NCBI RefSeq assembly: GCF_056746865.1
Contig: NZ_CM163382.1
Direction: 5' to 3' (one strand)
DNA length: 64,000 bases
Shown in pieces: positions 11,175 to 18,876 of this stretch. Position numbers and translations under genes: made by a program. The notes beneath the pieces are model-generated. The model was not told the DNA's origin. It did not search any database and saw only the letters and a program-made list of their open reading frames with translations. How positions within the stretch are numbered: position 1 is the stretch's first letter; the number at the start of each line of letters is the position of its first letter.

Positions 11175-12143
11175 TCAAACCATCCATTTCTTCATTTTTT
11201 TTTTGAACCAAGAACCAGTAGGAATAGGTTCAACTGCTGATAACTCAGTCAACTTCACACTTAATCGTTCCATTTCAGCTTTTACTTGTCCTGAGAATGC
11301 GGCAGCGAGAAGGCACTCTTCATCATTACGATCATGTGCCTTGAAATAATCTTTATGCTTCACTCGATTAGCAGTAGCAGCACTACCACGCAGATGCTTG
11401 CCCAACAAGAATTCCTCAAGTGATTTAACTGCATAGTGATTTACCCTGACACCGCTCCAAATCACTTCAGCACTAACTCCTTTACCATGCCTCGGGTGCA
11501 GAATCAAATCACGACCTAACACATCAATATATCGACCATAACGCAAATCAGCATAATGCGGATTATGAAAGCGGTTAACTCGTTCTGGTTTGACCACACT
11601 TTTGAAGTTATGATGAACGTTAAAGGGTTGCGGGGCACGATAGGTAAAACGTTCAATAACCAACCCCTCTTCAGCAAACAGTTCACCACTAGAACCAAAA
11701 TTTGCCCAATTCAATGCAATAGCGCTGACACTCTCATCCTGAAACTTTTCAGAAAAAAAATCTGACAATTTGGTATCCGATTCAAGTGGCAATAAAAATT
11801 CATCAGCATCTATAAATGCAAGCAGGTCTATGTCTCTGGGACAGCTACGTAAAATATGTTCATATGCAGGTAATTGTGGCTTTTGATTCACCAAAATCGG
11901 TTGATCGAACATCTTCACAATACCTAAGCGAGCGAGGGACAATAGCAACTCTCGACTACCATCACGACTACCATTATCTGCAATAATAAACCCATCAACA
12001 CCTAATACTCGATGGTAAGCAATCCATTCAAGTAAACTTGAATACTCATCCTTGATAATAGCGGCTATATAGAGTTTCAAATTATCATCCAGCAAAAATG
12101 TATCAATGCCGATACTATCGGCATTGATACTCAATTTTATCAT
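11175..12143 (-). CDS. glycosyltransferase (GT2/GT92-like fold)
   Basis: 322 aa with LLEWIAYHRVLGVDGFIIADNGSRDGS. Paralog of the N-terminal domain of the 409-aa protein at 15216..16445. Confidence 0.55.
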   Translation of the reverse strand: MIKLSINADSIGIDTFLLDDNLKLYIAAIIKDEYSSLLEWIAYHRVLGVDGFIIADNGSRDGSRELLLSLARLGIVKMFDQPILVNQKPQLPAYEHILRSCPRDIDLLAFIDADEFLLPLESDTKLSDFFSEKFQDESVSAIALNWANFGSSGELFAEEGLVIERFTYRAPQPFNVHHNFKSVVKPERVNRFHNPHYADLRYGRYIDVLGRDLILHPRHGKGVSAEVIWSGVRVNHYAVKSLEEFLLGKHLRGSAATANRVKHKDYFKAHDRNDEECLLAAAFSGQVKAEMERLSVKLTELSAVEPIPTGSWFKKKMKKWMV

Positions 12144-12586
12144 CAGGCAGGAGAAAAAAATAACCCGTCCAACCAGGTGATCACCCCATCTGATTCCAGC
12201 CCAATAATTATTTTGGTAGAAAATGGAATACTGATATCAAATCCGCACCGAAGTTTTTGATGTTTTTCAGGTGGTTGTTTTAGTATAGCTGAAATAACAT
12301 CAGGCCGCTTTGTATTGAAAGGAAAACTGTATGTCATATGATCAATTTTAACAGCAACATGGGAATCTGCTTCCCCTTCAGCCACTAACCACCCCCGAAG
12401 TACAATCCGGCCATTGACGATCTTTAGTGGTTGTTGTTCTGATGGCGAATCAATATTCCAATATAATTGACCGCCAGACTTGACGAGTGGCGATTTTGTG
12501 AGGGTATAAATAACAGCCATACGATTCCTTCTATTTGAAATATTGCTCAAATAACTCAGACTATCTCCAGATTGCCTTTCAAGCAA
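12143..12586 (-). CDS. hypothetical protein; stand-alone ~90-aa module shared with two neighbouring proteins
   Basis: 147-aa ORF. Shares IVLRGW...RPDV...CGF motifs with the C-terminus of the 409-aa protein and the N-terminus of the 426-aa protein. Confidence 0.4.
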   Translation of the reverse strand: MLERQSGDSLSYLSNISNRRNRMAVIYTLTKSPLVKSGGQLYWNIDSPSEQQPLKIVNGRIVLRGWLVAEGEADSHVAVKIDHMTYSFPFNTKRPDVISAILKQPPEKHQKLRCGFDISIPFSTKIIIGLESDGVITWLDGLFFSPA

Positions 12587-12713
12587 GATAATCCCAAGTT
12601 TTTATGGGATATACATAACTATGGATACAACCAAGAAAAATGATTTTGCCTCAATGGAAGAAATTACGGTAATAGAATTCCATTATCCCATTTACAATCC
12701 ACTGCTACGTTAT

Positions 12714-13880
12714 TTAATCAGCCCCAAAAAGATCTCTGGTATAAACCTTTTCGGCTACATCGACTAATTCAGCAGCCATGCGATTACAGAGAATAACATC
12801 GCTCAGCGCTTTAAACTCAGCCAGTTCCCGAATCACTCGGGAATTGAAGAATGTATCTTCATGAATAGTCGGTTCAAAGACCACTACCTCAATACCCTTG
12901 GCCTTAATACGCTTCATGACTCCCTGTATCGCAGAAGAGCGGAAATTATCTGAGCCAGCCTTCATCACCAAACGATGGATGCCCACCACCTTAGGTTTAC
13001 GACGCAATACGCTATCAGCAATAAAGTCTTTGCGAGTGCAATTAGCATCGACAATGGCGCGGATCAGATTGTTGGGTACCTTGTTGTAGTTGGCCAGCAA
13101 CTGCTTGGTGTCTTTGGGCAGGCAATAGCCACCATAACCAAATGAGGGGTTGTTATAATGGCTACCGATACGCGGATCCAAGCCAACCCCTTCGATAATC
13201 TGACGACTGTCCAAGTCATGCGACTGAGCATAGGTGTCCAACTCATTGAAATAGGCCACCCGCATTGCCAGATACGTATTAGCAAACAACTTGATGGCCT
13301 CCGCCTCGGTGCTGCCCGTTAGCAGTACCGGAATGTTCTGCTTGATCGCCCCTTCTTGCAACAATTCAGCAAATCGTTTGGCCCGCTCACTACGCTCACC
13401 CACCACAATACGGGAAGGGTATAGGTTGTCATACAGCGCCTTGCCCTCACGCAAGAACTCGGGAGAGAAGATCAGATTATCGGTGCCTAACTCACTACGC
13501 AGCCGCTCGGTAAAGCCTACCGGAATGGTAGACTTGATCACCATCACTGCATTAGGGTTGATACTGATCACATCGCGAATCACCCACTCGACTGAGTCGG
13601 TGTTAAAGTAGTTGGTCTCGGGATCATAATCGGTGGGGGTAGCAATAATCACAAATTCGGCCGCCTCATACGCCTCGAATTTATTCAGCGTCGCCTTAAG
13701 GTTCAGATGATTGTTGGCCAGATAGGCCTCCAGCTCTTTATCTGCAATGGGGGATTGACGGCGATTAATCAGTTCGACTTTCTCTGGTAATATATCCAGT
13801 GCAATTACCTGATGATGTTGAGCTAATAGCACTGCAATAGAAAGACCTACATAACCAGTTCCAGCTATAGCTATTTTCAT
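12714..13880 (-). CDS. ugd: UDP-glucose 6-dehydrogenase
   Basis: [24 protein letters not shown]-binding N-terminus and overall UDP-glucose/GDP-mannose dehydrogenase family features. Start placed at the internal Met (ATG at 13878-13880); the track start is at 13910. Confidence 0.85.
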   Translation of the reverse strand: MKIAIAGTGYVGLSIAVLLAQHHQVIALDILPEKVELINRRQSPIADKELEAYLANNHLNLKATLNKFEAYEAAEFVIIATPTDYDPETNYFNTDSVEWVIRDVISINPNAVMVIKSTIPVGFTERLRSELGTDNLIFSPEFLREGKALYDNLYPSRIVVGERSERAKRFAELLQEGAIKQNIPVLLTGSTEAEAIKLFANTYLAMRVAYFNELDTYAQSHDLDSRQIIEGVGLDPRIGSHYNNPSFGYGGYCLPKDTKQLLANYNKVPNNLIRAIVDANCTRKDFIADSVLRRKPKVVGIHRLVMKAGSDNFRSSAIQGVMKRIKAKGIEVVVFEPTIHEDTFFNSRVIRELAEFKALSDVILCNRMAAELVDVAEKVYTRDLFGAD

Positions 13881-13928
13881 GTTATAAAATACCTGCTCAA
13901 TTAAGTTCACATATATTTTTTACAAGTA

Positions 13929-15209
13929 TTATGAGGGTGCAGATTCAGTATTATATAATTTACTCATTTTTTCATGATAAAATAAAAGCGAAGGGCAAGA
14001 ATTATACTCAAAATTATTAATCTTTTTCTTGTATATTTTTCTAACAATTTCAGAAGTAAAACAGAAATTGTTTTTAGGTGGCTTCACAATAAATCTAGAA
14101 GCGACCTGAATAATTATTTTTGATGGCTTTTCATGAGCCACCACATCAAGATCCACACTCGCACCAGAAAATACATGGATTACTCTTTTATATTTATTTA
14201 CAAAATATGGAAGCATATTTATAGAATAAGAATCACCAAAAAAAACCACGACACTATCATCTATTTTGCGATTATTTTCAAATACTCTCACCCATCCTCT
14301 ATTATTAACCCCGTTATCATAAACAATATAATTATCAATACCAGAGAAATCAGCCTTCAATATATCCTGCGAAATCGGAGGGGTTGTCTTAATTCCTAAA
14401 TCGCCATAACTCCTTTTAATGTAAAAAGGGAAAATAGAATTATCGAGGACCGTGTTGTTTTTATTTAAGATATTATCTATATATTTAGCCACCTGCAATG
14501 CAGCAAAATCAGACCAGTGCGTATCAACTTTAGAATATGAGCTATCACCGATATCTCTTAATATATCTAAAGGATAAACTATATCAGTACAAATGGAGAG
14601 TAACTGTTCAACTGGTGTCTCTGGCGATTTTTTAAACGGATAGTATGATGACAATACATTCTCTTTGGCTGGAGCCAAACAAAAAACATATTCAATCCGT
14701 TGATCATTCATATATTTCCGAATAAAATCTAGATAGTTCTTCCAAACAGAAATATCATCATTTGTAATTTTTTTAATTCCAATAAACTGCTCTTTACTCT
14801 GATTGGTATCATGATCCAAGAATAAATACCCATTGTGTCCAAAAAGCACTTTTTGAGGAGGAGTTATATCTACTCTCGCTATTACATAATCAACATTATT
14901 AATAGTTGTTCCAATACTAAACGACTCCAAACTAGTAATAGCATAACTAAAACCACACATAGTATCACTAACATTTCCATTGAAATGTCTTACTACGTCT
15001 AATCTGGGTGTATTATAGTCAAGAATTAATTTCTCTCCATTCTTAACTATATATATATTATTCTGACAACCTTTATAGAGTAGCCATCCCGATAAATGAA
15101 TCGCAGAGCAATTTGACTTAAAATAACTACATGTCCGAGGACTATCAATTGAAAACTTGAGCCCGGTAATATCTGGTCTTATAACAGATAGTTTGATATC
15201 ATATTTCAT
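13929..15209 (-). CDS. putative SGNH/AlgJ-like polysaccharide-modifying acyltransferase with N-terminal shared module
   Basis: 426 aa. N-terminus carries the HLSGW...RLDV...CGF module. The body has DTHW and FFGDSYS motifs reminiscent of SGNH/AlgJ-type O-acyltransferases. Assignment by motif only. Confidence 0.45.
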   Translation of the reverse strand: MKYDIKLSVIRPDITGLKFSIDSPRTCSYFKSNCSAIHLSGWLLYKGCQNNIYIVKNGEKLILDYNTPRLDVVRHFNGNVSDTMCGFSYAITSLESFSIGTTINNVDYVIARVDITPPQKVLFGHNGYLFLDHDTNQSKEQFIGIKKITNDDISVWKNYLDFIRKYMNDQRIEYVFCLAPAKENVLSSYYPFKKSPETPVEQLLSICTDIVYPLDILRDIGDSSYSKVDTHWSDFAALQVAKYIDNILNKNNTVLDNSIFPFYIKRSYGDLGIKTTPPISQDILKADFSGIDNYIVYDNGVNNRGWVRVFENNRKIDDSVVVFFGDSYSINMLPYFVNKYKRVIHVFSGASVDLDVVAHEKPSKIIIQVASRFIVKPPKNNFCFTSEIVRKIYKKKINNFEYNSCPSLLFYHEKMSKLYNTESAPS

Positions 15210-15215
15210 TAAATT

Positions 15216-16445
15216 TTAAACCAATTTTGAAACTAATTCTTCATTGAGTGGAAATTCTAAACTAACTAATCCAGCCTGATTTAAAGTATATATCTGAACG
15301 CTTGAGATAAGTTGTGTAGGAAGCGACAACGAACATATAAACCCGCACCCAATTCCATTACCAATCCCAGCTTTTTCTACATCAGGCCGATCATAAAATG
15401 ATAGTGAGTCTGGGCGTATTAAAAAAGAGTTATTTATAACCATTACAATACTACTACATGGTTTTTTATCATTATCTACTGCCCAACCTTTTAGAACTAT
15501 AGCACGTCCATCTTTTTTAATTGTATCAATAAATCCAACCCCCATACTTTTAGTAGTCTTATAAAGTGGTTCACTTCTGCTTTCTATGAGCGGCTGATAT
15601 CCACAATCAAGCAATTTCTCATTAATGGTTGCGATTTGACATTTTACTTTTCTCAGAAACCATAATGGAATATGTTGCTCAATATTATTCAAATCATGAT
15701 TTTTAAAAAATTGCAGATTTCTACCGAGACTATTTTTTAGTGTTGTAGCTCTACCTCGAGCGACCTTTTTATTCAAGAATTCAGCCTTTGACTTAATTAC
15801 ATAATGATTAAGTCTGATAACTGACCAGTCAATCACCTCACTTATTCCATCATAACTATGATGTTCTTCTCCACTTGGCATAACAAATTTCTTATCTGAA
15901 TTAATAATAAAAGCATGGGGTGTTGGTCCTGCTTTGATAACATCAGAAACACGAACTATTGACTTATAATGCCTATTAACAGGATGCAGATCAGCAGCTC
16001 TCTTAACGAATCGTTCTATAACAAGACCGTCATCAGGTAAAATTGAATGAGATGAGCCATATACAGCCCAGTTGAGTGATATTGCACCAATCGCCTGATC
16101 ATTTAATAGCGGCATCAGTTTGTTTAAACCATCTTCATAGTCATTTGGTGAAATAAATTCATCTGCATCAATAAATGCAACCCATCTATCTTTATCAAGC
16201 ATTGACAATATTTTATTGTACGCCCCCAATTGTGGGGGAATACCATCTTGTGTCGGATAGTCAATCCTTTTGATAATATTCGCTTTATCTAGAAAATATA
16301 AAAGCTCACTACTTCCATCACTACTAATATTGTCGGCAATATATATATCATTAATGCCAAGAGCCATATGGTAAGCAATCCACTCAACAATGAATGGGTA
16401 TTCATTTTTTAAAATTGCACCTATTGAAAGCATCGCTGTTATCAC
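15216..16445 (-). CDS. glycosyltransferase (GT2/GT92-like) fused to C-terminal shared module
   Basis: 409 aa with VEWIAYHMALGINDIYIADNISSDGS at the N-terminus and IVLKGW...RPDV...CGF at the C-terminus. Confidence 0.55.
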   Translation of the reverse strand: MITAMLSIGAILKNEYPFIVEWIAYHMALGINDIYIADNISSDGSSELLYFLDKANIIKRIDYPTQDGIPPQLGAYNKILSMLDKDRWVAFIDADEFISPNDYEDGLNKLMPLLNDQAIGAISLNWAVYGSSHSILPDDGLVIERFVKRAADLHPVNRHYKSIVRVSDVIKAGPTPHAFIINSDKKFVMPSGEEHHSYDGISEVIDWSVIRLNHYVIKSKAEFLNKKVARGRATTLKNSLGRNLQFFKNHDLNNIEQHIPLWFLRKVKCQIATINEKLLDCGYQPLIESRSEPLYKTTKSMGVGFIDTIKKDGRAIVLKGWAVDNDKKPCSSIVMVINNSFLIRPDSLSFYDRPDVEKAGIGNGIGCGFICSLSLPTQLISSVQIYTLNQAGLVSLEFPLNEELVSKLV

Positions 16446-16456
16446 TCTACTTAAAA

Positions 16457-18874
16457 TTAAATGGAGAAGTCTTCTCTATCTTTAGATAGGTTTGGACTGT
16501 AGAAGGGATCGAGTTCGAGATGTTTACCCCATTTGCTTTTCATAAAGTTCACTTCCCTGGCAAATCTGGCTATTTTCTCCGGGGAATCTTCGGCACCTCG
16601 ACTAATTGATTCATAGTGGTAAAGCTCGGCATAAGGCGTCCAGAGATTACGGTACCCCGCTTCGCGTACTTTCAGACAGAAGTCCACATCATTAAAAGCA
16701 ACATGCAAATTCTCTTCATCCAACCCGGCAACTTCCTCATAAATATTTTTGCGAATAAGCAGGCAAGCAGCCGTGACGGCCGAGAGAGTTTGTGTCAACA
16801 ACAAACGGCTGAAATAACCCGGATGATGGCGAGGGTACTGTTTATGAGAGTGTCCCGCTACACCACCAATACCGAGAATAACTCCGCCATGTTGTAAAGT
16901 ATCATTACTGTAATAGAGCTTGGCCCCGACACAACCAATCTCTGGTCGCATGCAGTGACTCACCATCTCGGTCAGCCAATCCGGGTTGATTACCTCGACA
17001 TCATTATTGACCAAGCCGATAATGGCCCCCTTGGCGTGACGAACGCCAAAGTTGTTGATGGCCGAGTAGTTAAAGGGGTGGTCATAGCGCAATACTCTGA
17101 CCCGGCTGTCTTCCTGCTGGATCTGGGCAAAGAAATCGAGAGTCTCCTGCTCCACGCTGCCATTATCGAGAATCAGGATCTCGAAATGGGTATAGGTACT
17201 GCGATCGATGATGCTACGCACCGCAGTTTCGGTTAGAGCACGACGATCCCGAGTAGGAATAAGCAAACTAACCAGTGGGGCTGGTTCTGAAATAGGGTAA
17301 CGTACCCGATAGGTGTTGGGAACCAACCCCGCCTCAACCGTAACCTCAGGTTGCTGCTTAGAAAAATAGTCGCGTAGCGCTTTGATGCCAGCCTCCGTGG
17401 TGTAGCTCTTCTCGCCAGAAGCCAAAGCTGTAGAGCCCTCAATGGTACGCCAGTGGTAAAGCACACGGGGAATGTGAACTATCTGCTCTGCAGCTACATG
17501 AGGCAGACAACGCAGCAGCAGATCCTGATCCTGACTTCCTTCTACTCCCAAACGGAATCCCCCAATCTGTTGCAGCAGAGAGCGACGATAGACCCCGAGA
17601 TGCGAGACATAGTTTTGCGAAAAGAATAAATCTGGATTCCAATCGCTCTTGAAATGAGGATCAAAACGCTCACCGCGGGCATTAATTTTATCTTCGTCAC
17701 TGTAAAGGATCTGGGTATGAGGCTGCTCACAAATAGCCTGAGCCATAAATAGCATAGCATGCTCTGGCAACACATCATCATGATCCAACAGAGCTACGAA
17801 ATCCCCTTTTGCAATTTCGAGAGCACTGTTGGAAGCAGCCGAAATATGACCATTGTGCTTTCGGTAGACAACTTTGATTCGGCTATCCTTGGCCTCGTAT
17901 TCGCGCAGTACGCGTTGCACATGTTCTTTTGGCGAACGATCATCGGCAATACAGAGTTCCCAATGGGGATAGCTTTGAGCCAGGACAGAATCCAGACAGG
18001 CACGCAAGTAGATCTCCGCTGGATTATAAACAGGAATCACAATAGATATAACTGGAGGGTGAGTCATACTGGCAAGCATCAGACTCACCTCTTTGTTGCC
18101 AGGCAACGAAGGTAATTCCACCGTTTCTATCCATTCCTCATAACCGACAGAAAACGGGGTAACGCTGAACGTTTCGTTATAGAATGCCTGCAGGCGCTCT
18201 ATTGACATATCGCCATTGTCCATCAATATGGATTTTTTGATTTTTTCTAGCGGCATGTCACGATAGCTTTGGTGTTCTTTTTGAATGCGAGCCAATAGTG
18301 CAGACTCAACTACTTTCACATCAACAGCTGCTATTTCAAACTGATTAATTGCAAATGTTGCTGCCTGTTCTAATGGATCAAATCGTAATGCAACAAGAGG
18401 CGATTCCAGATAGAACAAACGACTGACGCTGACCGCTCGTTTATATGGCAACGTTACTGTTTCAAACTCATTGAACCCTTTACCTGTATCCAAATATAAC
18501 TTAGCTAATCCTTGCTTTGGTTGGCAATTAATAGAGATATTAAATTGATACCATCCCTTGCTAATATTTGAGAGCTGCTCCAAATCAATAATGAAAAATG
18601 GATCATTTCCCTCTGCAACCCAACTTTGTGAATTATCTATATCTATCGAGAGCTGATTTGTTGCCAGATAGGGCAGCACAACTGTATTTTGCATTTTACT
18701 CACTGCAGGAGAAACGTCCCATGCTTCGCATGGTTTCCTACCGAGTAACATCCCATAACGCTTAAAATGTTCTCTTGCTGACAACCCGGTCTGTTTCACA
18801 TCCAAATAGTTATGCAGATACCAATGTTCATCAAAGTGAGCTAGCAACTCGTCTTGGTGATTTTTAACCATCAC
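16457..18874 (-). CDS. dual-domain GT2 glycosyltransferase, candidate capsule polymerase
   Basis: 805 aa with two GT2 cores (ISIVIPVYNP...LLDHDDVL and VSLLIPTRDR...ILDNGSVEQE...NYSAINN...LVNNDVEV). N-terminal HWYLHNYLDVKQTGLSAREHFKRYG motif. Strong RBS (AGGGAG) before the start. Confidence 0.7.
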   Translation of the reverse strand: MMVKNHQDELLAHFDEHWYLHNYLDVKQTGLSAREHFKRYGMLLGRKPCEAWDVSPAVSKMQNTVVLPYLATNQLSIDIDNSQSWVAEGNDPFFIIDLEQLSNISKGWYQFNISINCQPKQGLAKLYLDTGKGFNEFETVTLPYKRAVSVSRLFYLESPLVALRFDPLEQAATFAINQFEIAAVDVKVVESALLARIQKEHQSYRDMPLEKIKKSILMDNGDMSIERLQAFYNETFSVTPFSVGYEEWIETVELPSLPGNKEVSLMLASMTHPPVISIVIPVYNPAEIYLRACLDSVLAQSYPHWELCIADDRSPKEHVQRVLREYEAKDSRIKVVYRKHNGHISAASNSALEIAKGDFVALLDHDDVLPEHAMLFMAQAICEQPHTQILYSDEDKINARGERFDPHFKSDWNPDLFFSQNYVSHLGVYRRSLLQQIGGFRLGVEGSQDQDLLLRCLPHVAAEQIVHIPRVLYHWRTIEGSTALASGEKSYTTEAGIKALRDYFSKQQPEVTVEAGLVPNTYRVRYPISEPAPLVSLLIPTRDRRALTETAVRSIIDRSTYTHFEILILDNGSVEQETLDFFAQIQQEDSRVRVLRYDHPFNYSAINNFGVRHAKGAIIGLVNNDVEVINPDWLTEMVSHCMRPEIGCVGAKLYYSNDTLQHGGVILGIGGVAGHSHKQYPRHHPGYFSRLLLTQTLSAVTAACLLIRKNIYEEVAGLDEENLHVAFNDVDFCLKVREAGYRNLWTPYAELYHYESISRGAEDSPEKIARFAREVNFMKSKWGKHLELDPFYSPNLSKDREDFSI

Positions 18875-18876
18875 TT

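Noticed and set aside
12143-12586. Possibility that the 147-aa and 322-aa ORFs are one frameshifted pseudogene
   Set aside because: In the fused homolog (409 aa) the shared module is C-terminal to the GT domain, whereas here it is encoded upstream of it. A simple frameshift cannot produce that order, so they are treated as two genes.
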